A stretch of 64,000 nucleotides of DNA from the human T2T-CHM13v2.0 reference genome, Homo sapiens: NCBI RefSeq assembly GCF_009914755.1, contig NC_060927.1; one strand, given 5' to 3'. Shown here piece by piece: positions 46,400 through 61,976 of the stretch (position 1 is the first letter of the stretch; each line of letters opens with the position of its first letter). The notes under the pieces were generated by a model. It did not search any database. It had not been told where the DNA came from and was given only the letters and a program-made list of their open reading frames with translations. Both the position numbers and the translations under genes were made by a program.

Positions 46400-47745
46400 A
46401 GAAAGCGAGGCGCCCCACGGGATTTCATCTCGTCGTCAAGGCAGCGCCAACCCCAGCCGTCCGGCGCAAGGAAAGCTCCGGCGGGCCCGGAGCCCACGGC
46501 GGCCCCAGCCTCCGGCAGAGCAGCCCCGGCAGAGCCCGGAGCCCCGCGGCCGCAGAGTTCCGGCAGCGACCCCGGACGGCCCGGCGGGCGTCCCCCGGAC
46601 CGCGGCGGAAGGCGGGAAGACGCGGCTCGACTTACAGTGACACCATCCTAGGTGACAGCACCAGTGCAGCTTGAAGCACTTGCCATGGCTGTGCGTGGCA
46701 CAGATAGACAGCCCGTCGCACGGCTGGAAGTCGGGTCTGCGGGCGGCGCAACTCCGCGCCAGGGCCTGAGCCTCATCTAGTTTCTCGCTCTTCCAACCCC
46801 GCTCCGACGCCGGCGAGGCCGCCGCACTCATTTCCTCTCCCTCCGCGCGGAGCCGACACCGGGAGCCCGGGAGAAGCGACGTCTGGGTGGGCAGGAAGCC
46901 GAGCCGGCTGCGGACGCGGGAGGGCGCGGCACGGGCCGGGAGTCACGCCAGCACGCGGCGGCGGCGGGAGCGCGGCGGTCCCAGGCTCGAGGAGGAGCCG
47001 CCCCGGGCGCTGCGACCGGGTCCGGGCTGGCAGCCTCCCTCCCTCCGGCGCGGCGCGCGCCGCGCCCCACGCGCACACGCACGCGCACAGGCGCGCGCCG
47101 GTCGGCCCCGCGCGACGTTCCTCAGCGAGCCCGGCCTTCTCACACACACGCCGCTGGGGAGCTTGGCCGTCGGCGTCCCCGCCGGTCACAGCGAGGTCCT
47201 CCTCACATACTCACTCCTTCCTCGGAGAAAGACCCCGACGGAGGGCCGTGGTGAACACACACTCCTCGGCCGCTTTGTACTCACATGCACGCCAGCCTAC
47301 ATATGCACTTCCCCCCGAGTGACACTGGCCACCGAGAACTGACACACGCGTCCACACGCTCCACGGAGGGCTGCGCACACCCGGCCCACGCCCACCCGAA
47401 CCTCCTAGTGGCCCGGGCCGGGTGCATCGCGTAGCGAGGATCTCACACACACAGCCTGTCCCCACAGGCGTCTCACATCTCCCTCGTACACACCTCCCCG
47501 TGTCTGGGCATGGAGCCCCTGGGAGGCGCGCACACGCTCGTGCACACGCGCGCACTCCCCCCACCCAGGGCGGGCCTCCTGCCCCAGCGCGGCCACAGGG
47601 CGCGTCAGGGGCCAGCACCGCCAACCCCTGCCCGCCTCGCCCCAAACCCCAGGCCAGTGCGCCCGGGCCTTCCCGCGCCCGCCCCAACCTTCGCCGGGAC
47701 CGCAGCCCCTCCCCCTTCTCCTCCCACCCCCGCCTCCGTTGAGCG
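46400..47745. promoter_or_regulatory. C3orf70: CpG island / TATA-less promoter of C3orf70
   Basis: Very GC- and CpG-rich; GC boxes; spans exon 1; no upstream ATG on the minus strand between 46832 and about 47200. Confidence 0.92.
46636..46831 (-). CDS. C3orf70: C3orf70 (UPF0524 protein) coding exon 1: 65 codons + 1 nt (phase-1 intron)
   Basis: ATG with G at -3; MSAAASPASERGWKSEKLDEAQALARSCAARRPDFQPCDGLSICATHSHGKCFKLHWCCHLGWCH recognised as the C3orf70 N-terminus; canonical donor T|GTAAGT (intron starts 46635). Exon 2 is outside the window. Confidence 0.93.
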
Positions 47746-47771
47746 GGAAAGCAACAAAGCTGGGTGCATTG

Positions 47772-48240
47772 ATGTGTGTGTGTGTCTGCGTATGTGTAGT
47801 TTGGTGTGCATGGGATGTGTGTGTTGCGTGCGTGTGTATGATTATTTGGAGTATGTATGGTGGGTATGCGTGTGTGGTTGTGTGTGGTTAGGTGTGTTCA
47901 TGGTACATGGTGGGTGGTATGCGTGATGCAAGTGACTGGTGAGGTGTGTGTATACGTGTGTATGTGAAATGAATGTTATAACTGAGGTGGAGTGTGGGTG
48001 GTGTGTGTGTGGTTGAGTGTGTGTGGCGTGCAGAATATGTATATGTGTGTAGTTGGACGTGCATGTGCTTGTGCACGTGTTGTGGGGGTGGGTATGCTTA
48101 GTAATACAGAGTGGTGTGTGTATGGTATATGTGTGGCAGTGCAGTGCGTGTATCTGGCATGTCGAGTGTGCACATGGCATATACGGATCAAATCGGGTGT
48201 GTGTGGTACATAGGAGTGGGTGGGCACACAAACAGGACTC
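47772..48240. repeat. Degenerate (TG)n-rich low-complexity tract, about 470 bp
   Basis: Directly visible imperfect TG/GT alternation. Confidence 0.92.
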
Positions 48241-49619
48241 ATGTATGCGGAGGACTCTGCCTTTCTGTGTTAGCGCCTGCTCTGGCCAGCAGGTGTGACT
48301 GACCCTGTGGTGGCTGCGGCTTCCCCACACAGTTGGCTCGCACTCTTCCCTCCTGGGGACAAGTTGCTCCAAATAGATTTTCCATGCCAGGCTCTGCTGC
48401 TGAGAACCGACCCCAGGCTGGATTCACTGAAGAGGAAACAAACCATTTGCTCCCATGGTGCACTGCTGGGAATTAGTGTTTCCCTGCAACAAGGCCAGAA
48501 CCCAGCCTTGAACACAGAAGAGGAGGGGACACCCCCTCCTTATTTGCCAAACGCACAGAAGAATGCTTGTTCAAGGAACAAGGCTTTCAGCACAAACACT
48601 GTGTGGGAACATGTTTATGCCCAGGTCCACTTTCTCCTTTATGCCTTTCCTGCTTTGCACTGACAAGAGACTCATCATGGTTTTGAAACAACCAAATTCA
48701 TCCTCAAGCTTGAAAATCCTTGCTGCCATAAGCAATCTTTCATAATTTTCCCTTTTATGTAACCTTGGCTTGAGAAGGGAAATGTAATTTGCATATATCT
48801 GACTCTGGTGAAATCTTCATTTATTAGGGATTGGGGAGAGACTCAATTTGGCAGCAAAAGTATTTTCCAGAAAGGTCTGAATCAAAATCACAAACTCTAG
48901 TTCCCCCATTAACCTAACATTGAAACAGTTGCAAACATGAAGAATCATCTCATCAGCTTCCACCCCAACTGCTCCCCGCCTCAAAAAAATCCTAAAGGAA
49001 TACATCTCTGACACAAAATCTATGCACCCCTGCTGTTAACTTCACAGTCTGACCTACCTCAGAATAACGGAAGTAAAAGGCAGAGAAATCTTAATCAAAG
49101 AAATCCATACTCCATTATTACTGCAGCAAGCCAACCAACAATTTTTCAAAGGGGACTTTCCATCTGTTCTACCCTATTTTTCTCTTTCTCCAACCTATAA
49201 CTCACTCTAATACTGCCCCTATCATAGAAGGCCTTATGACGGCATCCTCTCTGTATTTCAGTAACTAATACTTGTATGGGATCCTTCCCCTGACTTTTAC
49301 CCCAGGGTGAACCATGTGGTAAGATTCCACAATATATGAAATAAACCATCTCAGCTAGTAAAAAATGAGCATGAGAAAGCATGCAATATAGCACTTTAGC
49401 TAGGAGGCAAGATGAATTATCCAAACACCTTATTTTAGGTTAGACACGTGATTTGAAGTTGAGAAGCCTTTACATTTTCTGTACCATGAAACTCATTCCA
49501 TCACCTTGCCCTAAAGACGTTATTGATTTCTACTGTCTGGTGTGGAGCGGGAGGAGGTAATTGCTGTGACCTCTCAAATATATACACACAGCTTTCAGGA
49601 TGTGTTGTTGGGATACGAT

Positions 49620-49920
49620 TTTTAAATTTTTTATTATGAAACTTTCCAAAATATACAAACATAGAGAGATGAAGATAACCCCCCATGTACCCATGTACCC
49701 ATCACCCAGTTTCAACGATTATGAACTCATTTAGAAAACCTTGTTTCATCTACAGCGCCACCCACTCCAGGCCCCCAACCTGTCCACTGGATCATTTTTA
49801 AGCCAATCTCAAACATCAAATCGTTTCATCCATTAATATTTTGGTGTATATCTCTAAAGGAAATTTTAAAATCTCTAACCATAATTATTGCATAATAGCA
49901 TACAATTTGATCATAAATAT
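49620..49920 (-). mobile_element. L1MC-type 3' end
   Basis: ttttattatgaaactttcc...catgtacccatcacccagtttcaacgatt. Confidence 0.75.
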
Positions 49921-49979
49921 GAACTTGTCCTGTAGCTGCTGACCACCTCTCCAGCTCCCCTTTAAGAATGCTACTCCCT

Positions 49980-50590
<611 letters not shown>

Positions 50591-50989
50591 AAGAATACTA
50601 CTCCCTCTGCCTGGAATTTTCCTCTGTCCCTGACTCTTAATCCCCCATCTACCTCTTCAGATTAAGTGCCATTTTCTCTGACTAGTCCAGACTGAGCTAT
50701 ACACGCTGTCCATTCAGGTCACTTATCCCAATTGTAAACAAAAATTAAAGAAGGAATTCTTCAATTAATATCTTTCCCTGTGTCCCTTCCCCGACACAAA
50801 CTGTACGCTCTTTGAGGACAGGAACATTTCCATCTTGTTTTCAATATTTAGGGCAGAGAATAAATAATTGTTGAAATAGTGAAAATAATTTCATCTCCGG
50901 TTCTAAAGGGCTGGAAAAGATTCATCTTTGGTAAATTGTTTGCAAGTATGTATAAATAATTCATATAATTACTGTTCTTATAACTGTAC

Positions 50990-51984
50990 CCTTGGATAGT
51001 CACCTCCCACACTGACTCTGAGCTTAGCTGTGTGTATTAGTTATCTATTGCTCTGTAACAAATCACTCCCAAATTAAAAGAACACACAGTTTCTGTGAGT
51101 CAGGAACCCAGATGTAACTGCAGTAGGTCCTTGGCTTCTAAGTCTCTCACAAAGCTGCAGTGAAAATATGGGCCAAGGCTGCTTTCCCATCTAAAGGTTC
51201 AACCAGGGAAGAGTCTGCTTCCAAGCTCACTCACTCACTGTATGTTAGCAAGATTCAGTTCCGTAGGGAACTGTTGTTTTTCACCGGTTGTTAGGATCTC
51301 CACGGACCTCTCCATAGGACAGTTCAGACGTGGCAGCTTGCTTTATCAGAACAAGTATGTCTTTAAGAAGAGTCAGAGAGAGCACCACAATCCTTTATAA
51401 CCTATTCTCAGGAGTGATATTCCATCAATTTTGTCATATTCTACTCATTAGAAGCAAGTTGCTAGGTCCAGCTCCATGCAAGGGGAGAAGATTATATGAC
51501 GGCAGGAATGCCAGAAGGCAAGAATCACTGAGAGCCATTTCAGAAGCTGCCTGCTACACCATGTGACTTGCTTTAGCCAATGAAAGAGTAGCGAGAATGG
51601 TAAAGATTTGCAAACAGCATTCTTATTGGGATTTGCCCTTTCCTTCTGTGTTGGAACCCTGAGACCACCATGTGTACAAGTCTGAGCAAGGCTGCTAAAG
51701 GATAAAATGCTTTGTGAAGGAGAATGAGGTGCTCCAGTTGGCGAGCAGCTGATCCCCAGCCAATGGTCTGTCAACCACTAGAACTATGAATGGGGCTATG
51801 GCAGATCATGTAGACCCACCAGCTGGTCACAGAAGCATGAGAGTCCAACAGAGATCTGCTGAGCCAGTCCAGACCAGGACAACCACCATGATCAACCACA
51901 GAATCATAAGCTCCATAAAATGGCCGTTATTTTAGGCTGCTAGGTTCTGGGTGGTTTCTTACACAGCAAAAGTTAACTGATACA
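50990..51984. mobile_element. MLT1 (H-like, +) LTR interrupted by a minus-strand MLT1 (F-like, about 51034-51558)
   Basis: Inner element tgtattagttatctattgct...gctgcctgctaca; outer element resumes ccatgtgacttgctttagccaatg and ends aactgataca. Confidence 0.75.
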
Positions 51985-53568
51985 TCCACCAATCCTTTCA
52001 TGTTGTAGACAAAATAATTGAGGATTCAAGAGGCTAAGTGACTCCATGTCATGGTGCAGCAGGCATGGTAGGAAAACAGCATCAAAACAATGCAAATAGT
52101 TCAAGTCTAAGCTCCGGCATTTTCTGGCTGGGAGACCTTGGCAAATCCCTTATGCTTTCTAGGCTTCAGTTTCTCTATCAACAAAAAAGAGCCCAGAACT
52201 TTCTCTAGAACATCTTTTAGTGTTCAAAGTTAAGACTTGTCCACTTGGCTATAGAGCTGGGATTAGAATTATTTTGGTTCAGCTGTCATTTGTGAATAGT
52301 CAAATACTCCCCCACTATTCTGTTGCATATATTGGTCTAACACTAATATGAGTTATATATGTGCACACCAACCATTTGGAACAGTTTGATAAATCGAGTC
52401 ATTACAATTCAGTTACTTTTTGGTTGCTTGATTGAACTAAGCAACTAATTCCACCATGGTTATAAATAACCTGCTAGTAATTGGTCAATTTGTCATATTA
52501 AAGCAATTAGAATGATGAAGTGGATGGAGAAGCTTCCAAATGAGGTGAAACTAAATTAAGAGTCTTCTGTTGGGAGGGAGGATGCCTCTTCAGTGTTGCT
52601 GACGGCAGAATTCAGACCCTCATCATCCCCTCAAATGGAAAGAAAAGAGCAGCAGCTTTGGAATCAGACAGAGTGGAATCAAAGCTTAGGTCGACAACCT
52701 CCTAGTTGGGTGATTTGGGGCAAGTTATTTAGCCTCATCTCTTAAATGAGAATTGTAATTCCTACCTCATACACTTGCTGTGAACATTAAATACAATAAC
52801 TTATTTGAAGGGCCAAACCCTGTGTCTAGCACATTGCAGATGCTCAATAAATATGAGTCCATCTCTTCCCAGCACCTTCAAATGCCTCCATGTCCACAGA
52901 CTCTCCTTGCTCCAATCCTTCCTTCATGAGGCTGAGAAGAGATCTCCCTAAAACATAAATCTGATCACATTATGCCTGGGCTTAAAATCCTTTGATGCGT
53001 CTCGTTGCCTACTTGAAAAAATGAAGGTCCTTTGTAGGATATAAAAAGCCCTCCCAACTTCCCCACCTCTTCTTCCCTACGCCTCCGTATCTGGAAACTC
53101 CCTGGATTATTGTCTTGTTTCTGGATATGTAATATCCTCTCCTGCCTGCCTCAGTGCCTTCTCTCATCCTATTCTTTTTGCCTTGAATTGCCCGGCCACC
53201 CACTTTTACACGTGTGGAATCCTGCCTTTCCTGCAAGTTCTGGCTCAAATGCTTCTTGAAGCCTTTTCTTAATTCACTTTCTCCTCCATACTTCAGGACT
53301 CTGCACCTACTACTTCGTGCCTCAAGTAGTGAGGCAGGGGTGCACAGACGATACTCAACAAATAGTTTTGAATGGATGCATTGAAAGATTTATGACTGAA
53401 AATTCACAAATAGGATGGAATTTGTTTTTCAAATTCCTGTCTTGCAAACCTTAGACCCTAAGCATGAGGAGATTCCTTTGAAGTCTTTGAAATTAAGAAG
53501 AAGCCTAACTTAAACAACTGGCTTGTAATCTTACTGAATATCTTACCTCTATAGGTGACCCAGGCTGA

Positions 53569-53967
<399 letters not shown>

Positions 53968-55419
53968 TCATGGTTTCCCCTCTAACCTTTTGATATTGCA
54001 TCACGAAGGCCAGCTTTCCCACAAAACATATCATTGTGCCACCATCAAAGGCAAAATAGAAAGCCACCCAACGCTAAGCCAGTCCAAAATTGCATTTCTT
54101 ATATTTTTTAAGTGGTGGATTGTGGATCACCTTAATATGAATTTTTAAAATTTGCCATTATCTCCCTCAGCTGCTCTTTGAAAGGAACACAGCAGTTTTG
54201 TATCAATTTGTTTTATCAACTGGAGAAGTATTTTTATCTATGAAAATGTTTAGTGGAAAAATGAACCTCCAGAGTAGGTTTTGAACATAGAAGGGGAAGG
54301 CAAAAAGGCCAGTCTTTAACCTCCCAACGATCTGGCCCCTGGTGGGCCTTGGTAAACGCTCTCAGTGTTCGTGCTCATCGGGACCAATAAGCAGAGAGCT
54401 TCTCTTAAGTGATGTGATGTGACAGTAGTAGGTGTAGGATCAGGTCGATTTTGTGCTCCACACAACACAACCCAGTTTTTTACTCTTCAACAGTCCGCAC
54501 CTACTTCGGGAAGCAATGGATCTCTCGTCATTTTGAAACAAGAACACTCTTGCTCCTTTTAATGGTAGGATAACATACACATTCTACCATTTTCATTTTT
54601 TAAAAAATATTTTCTCTTGATGATTAGCAATTAAAATAGTTCAGGTTTATCTCATTTCAGGAAGCAGCTAGAGGCTGAAATGACAGTGGAGAACAATCTG
54701 GAATACAATGACTGACTCATGGATTATAAATGAGGCAGCTGAGGTTCCATGTGCAAACTGTGAAGATGCGTGGCTGCGGTCAGCCCTCCAAGCACACCCA
54801 GGGCCCCGTGCGCTCAGAGAGCATCTTGCTCACAATGCTGGGCTCATTCATCCACTCCACAAATAGCTAGTGAGTGTTTTCTATGTGCCAGGCCCTAGGC
54901 TGGATGCTAGAGAAAATTTCGAGGGAAGACATAAACCAACCATAGGAATATAAAAGGTAACTGCTTTGATTAAGGGGTTTAAACAAAGCACTATAGGAGA
55001 ATGAGGGAGAAACATGTCTGCCTGGAGCCATTTAAAAACATTTCCTAGGAAGGATGCGTCGGCACTGGTGACGCAGACAAGCTGGGGTGGGGTATAATGA
55101 AAGAAAGGCAAGAAAGGCAAAGGCTGCTGTGTGGATCTGTCTTGCCTGAAAGTCATGTGGGAGCAGTCAAACAAGAGGCGGAACTGGTAGGCAGGGGCCA
55201 GATCACGAAAAGCCTGGTAGAGTTTAGACCGAGTCCTCTAAACCCATAGTTTTTGTATATCTTTCAGCTGGGCGCACTTTGTTCAATTAAAAAACTCATC
55301 AGAAATCATAAATGAAACATCTGTAAAGTCCAGCTGCTCCAGCTGAGGCTGTTGCGTGTTGCTGGGGTAAGGCTGGAACCCCGTTTGTTTGTAATCCCCA
55401 CAACACCAGAGCAAAACCA

Positions 55420-55914
55420 CTGGGCAACCTCTAAGATGGCTCCCGCTACTTCCTTGTGTTAATTCGCTCCCCTGGAGTATGGACTGGACTTAACAATCGT
55501 AAAAGTAGTGATGGGAGTTGTTTCCAAAATTAGTTGACAAGGAAAGTGACTTCTGTTGTGTTGGTCTCTCTCTTTCTCAGGGACTTCACTCTAGGGGAAG
55601 CCAGGAGCCATGTTGTGGGTGGCCCTAGGGAAAGGCCCACATGGCAAGGACCTGACACCTCTGGCCAACAGCCGGTGAGGAGCCAAACCCTGACAACAAC
55701 CATGTGAGTGAGCTTAGAAGCAAATCCTTCCAGTAGAACCTGAGATGAAACCACAGTCCTGGCCAACACCTCGACTGCAGCCTTGTAAGAGACCTGGCCA
55801 GCGCAGCTGCACCTATACTCCTGACACACAGAAATTGTAAGATCATAAATATTTCTTGTTTTAACTTGTTAAGTTGTGGAGCAATTTGTTCTGCCACAAT
55901 AAATAACGAGTACA
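55420..55914 (+). mobile_element. MLT1F-like MaLR LTR within L2 fragments (about 54840-56310)
   Basis: gcaacctctaagatggctccc...gcaatttgttctgccacaataaataacgagtaca. Confidence 0.78.
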
Positions 55915-57678
55915 GGACCCACTGAGGAATGCTGAGCCCAGAGTGACCGGATCAAATGGGCATTTTGAATGCTGACTCAGGAAAGACCCAGGAGGATACA
56001 TTGAATGGAACAAGACCAGAGATAAGGCAACTGCTAGTCCAAGAGGGAGACGAAGAGGGTTGAATGATGGGGGTAGGAAGGAGGGGAGAGGAATGGTAGA
56101 TATCCTGGGAAGGTAAAATCAGTAAGTCTTGGGATTGTTTCTGGGGAGGGGAGGAGTTTCAAGGACAATGCCAGTCATTAGCTAGGGAACAAGGACAGAG
56201 GAACATATTTGGAGGGAAAGAAAAAAATGTTCCATTTGGGATGTGTGGAGATCATAGTGGCTGTGAGTCACTCATATGAAGCATGCAAATAGTCAATACG
56301 CAGTTCAAAGCAGTCTGAAAGAAGAGACTGCGTAAGAAGTTGCCCTTATACATTCAGGTTGCTTCACTCACAGAGGCTGCAAACTCCAATGCCTCTGTGC
56401 CAAGAAAATAACATCAAGGAGTGAAGGGTCCTGGGTGAAGGGTCCTGCATTCAGGAGCTGCAGGGACCGTGTTGAATTGCACAGTGCCTGCCTTCCTTAG
56501 GGGTACCAAAGCCACACATGTTTGAAACTCTGCTGTCTGCGACGCTCATTTCAGTTTCAAGAGAAGCTGGCTTGAGTGGCACTCCTTAGGGAAGTGTCAA
56601 GCAGAATGAAAAGGACAAGAGCTTTGGAGTCAGACAGCACTGAGTTCTAATCTTGCCTCTGCCACGTGCTAACTGGTATCCCTGGGGGAGTTAATTATGC
56701 TCTCTGAGCCAGCGTTTCTTTGGCTGTGTAAGAGACTAATAACACCAGTTTTAGGAAGGTTGTTGTGATTAAATGAGATACTGCTTGTTAAATATCAAGT
56801 ACAGTTCCCGGCACCAAAGAGGTGCTTGAGAAGTGGTAGCTGACATTCTGATAGTGATGCAATAATGGCCGTCATCTCCACTGAAGGAGGCGAGACTCCA
56901 GCACACAGCGAATGTCCTCGCCATTCTATTCAAAGAGAAGAGTCATCCTGGAACAGCCGTGCTGGAACTCTCAGAACTCAGTGTGCTTGAGGGGTATGTG
57001 GATCTGTCTTTTGGTTGTGGGTACTTTAAGTGATGAGAAGTTTAATGTCAGGAGGCACATGGCGCAACAGGAGACTCCAAGAACAAAAGTCACAGTACAT
57101 CCAGGACTCCAGGAAGTGGGGCTGGATCCAAGGCAGCCTGAACTGGCAGCAGCAGAAGTTAATGCGGCTTCACTGGTATGCTCCAGAATATGTGATTTTG
57201 CTGTTACCCACGTGTAGGTATCCCATATCACCAACACCGCTATTCTTCCTATTTTGTCTTTTGTCTACCTTGTAGCTTCTATTTACACATAGTATCAGTC
57301 TGTTTCCTTCTACTCTGACTTCCTCTAATCCCAACTCCATCTTGTTCTTTTCCATTATAAATCTTTTCTAATTCAGCTCTCGATATGACCTGCATTTTCC
57401 TCTTCCCTCCCAGATTAAATTCCCGAGAGTTAGAATTTGTTTCAACCACTATCTCAGCAGTCATCCACAGCTGAAGGAAGAGAAGGCACATCATGCGATG
57501 TAAATAAAGGCCACCTAAACTGCTCCTTTAGCAGGAGCTATGAGAGGACAATTTCCCATAGAAGGGACTGGGTGAGGAGGCCCTATGATTGACATGCCTC
57601 GGATAGTGCATATGTGTGTGTCCAGTGGAGGCCAGGAGGCTGGGAGTGGTAAGGCACATCAGAAATATGATACTCTTG

Positions 57679-58326
<648 letters not shown>

Positions 58327-59333
58327 TTATTTTAAATGTCAGTATGAAATTGTTGCAGGAAGATGACATGTAACCAGTACAAAACCAGAAGCTTCCTCCA
58401 AAAGTCCCTCTCCCTTTTCCTGATATTCAGGTACAAAGGACCATCAAAGCAATTAGCTTCAACCGTAATGTCAATGATGTCAATGGTGCTAGGTTCTTTA
58501 CATAGCTATCTGGAAAATGAACCCCTTTCCTGCCCTGGCTTCAAAGCACAAGGATAAGCCTTGCTCTCTTTCTCTGCTACTCACACCTACTCGGCCTGGG
58601 TGTATACCTGTGTAGGATTTGGGTGCACTATTGTTACCCTAGTTCAGAACAAAGCTAGTTCACCTGGGGTGAAATGAGGGTGGAACCAAGGCTTCTTCTC
58701 CCTCCCTTGCAGCTGGCTTCCCCCAGGGAGCTGCTATCGGGGAGAGTTTCATCTCTGCTTCCTGGAGGGAGAGAGCTGAGCCCCAGTGACAGCTGTTGTG
58801 ATTTCCAGGAGGCACAGGGCTGGGGACTCCCCTCCCTCCTCACTTCTCCAGTGGGTATCCAAATGCATATGTTCCTTCCTGAAGCTCAAGGTGTAAATAG
58901 CTGTGAAACTGACGGAGAGATTTGTGGATTCATAGAGTAACATGACTGGTTAAGTAAAATGTCCCTTTTATTATTCAGGAAAGTGGAATCACAGAAAGGT
59001 GATAAGGTTACCTGCTCAAGGTCGTAAAACCACTCGTCCCACAATCTGTTCCTGGTGGAGAATGAAAGAGTCCATATTTAGTGATTCCAAAGCCACACTG
59101 CTCTGCTTTCTCCCTTAGTGGTATGAAGGGAAATTGGCTGATGCTTGTACACATTTTCAATCTTGATGACTCCTTTTCACTCCCTGCCCATTGTTGGTCA
59201 TTAGGGTGATATTTTGAGCCTGTGCTATTATAGGCAAGGACCCAGCAACACCCTAGCCCTGCTTGCCACACCCTTCTCCCCTTCCCATTAGACCCCCAGG
59301 AAGCTAAGCATAATAAATGATCGTAGATTGTGA

Positions 59334-59684
<351 letters not shown>

Positions 59685-59955
59685 TAAGAAGGTCCGAGCA
59701 CCTGTACCTCAATGTAGAGCTCACTGGTGAAAGAGGTAGGGGCCTCCTACCTCTCGGGATCTTCCTGCTCTCTGACCATATGCAAAGAGGAGGAGGTCTA
59801 AGAAACAGGGGAACTGTGTGGCCAGGATTGCATAGCAGGCCTTGGCTTATTTGCTCACCTAAATGCATGTTAGGGGGAAAGTAGAAGAGAGAAGAAATGA
59901 GCTAGGCCTGATCCACCTAGAAATGATATACGAAGCACAAGAAAGAAGCATATAG

Positions 59956-60257
59956 GGCCAAGCGCAATAGCTCACAACTGCAACCCAAGCATTTTGGGAG
60001 GCTGAGGCGGGAGTATTGCTTGAGTCCAAGAGTTTGAGACCAGCCTGGGCAACATAGTGAGACCCCATCTCTACAAAAAAAATTTTTTTAAACAGCCGGA
60101 TGTGGAGGTGCATGCTGGTGGCCCCAGATACTCAGGAGGCTGAGGTGGGAGGATCGCTTGAGCCCAGGAGGTCAAGGCTGCAGTGAGCTGTGATCGCATC
60201 ATGACGCTTCACTCAGCCTGGGTGACAGAGCGAGATCCTGTCTCAAAAACAAAAACC
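59956..60257 (+). mobile_element. AluJ
   Basis: TSD gaagcatatagg. Confidence 0.93.
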
Positions 60258-60319
60258 AAATCCATAAAAGGGAAGCATATAGGTTCACACCCTTTAGTAA
60301 ATGCATCTTTTGGTAAATG

Positions 60320-61513
<1,194 letters not shown>

Positions 61514-61667
61514 TGAGGTACACGTGGCCAGGAAGAGTGCCTAAAATTTTATTTCTCATACCACCCCTACCTTTTTTTTTTTTTACAGTTATTCATTTAG
61601 AGACTCCTTTCTACTCCACTCTTTTTAACTTCCTTTCCTTCCTTGACCCATGACAAAAATTCAAACT

Positions 61668-61976
61668 GTTTTTTTTCTGTTTTGTTTCTGGGGGGAGACA
61701 GGGTCTCAGTTTGTTGCCGAGGCTGAGTGCAGTGGCACGATCAGAGCTCACTGTAGCCTCAACCTCCTGGACTTAAGTGATCCTCCCGCCTCAGCCTCCC
61801 CGAACAGCTGGGAGCACAGGCGAGAGCTACCGCACCCGGTTAATTTTTTAATTTTTTGTGGAGACAGGGTCTCACTATGTTTCCCAGGCTAGTTTCAAAC
61901 TCGTGGATTCAAGCAGTCCTCCTGCCTTGGCCTCCCAAAGTGCTGGGATTACAGGCATGAGCCACCGTGCCTGGCC
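61668..61976 (-). mobile_element. AluJ
   Basis: Reverse Alu with J diagnostics. Confidence 0.93.

Noticed and set aside
46773-47926. Several overlapping 100-160 aa Arg/Gly/Pro/Ala-rich ORFs
   Set aside because: Stop codons are scarce in CpG islands and most starts are non-ATG; only the 46831 ATG exon has a recognisable product and a donor site.
47842-48372. 176-aa His/Thr-rich ORF and Cys/Val-rich opposite-strand ORFs
   Set aside because: Artefacts of the degenerate (TG)n/(CA)n tract.
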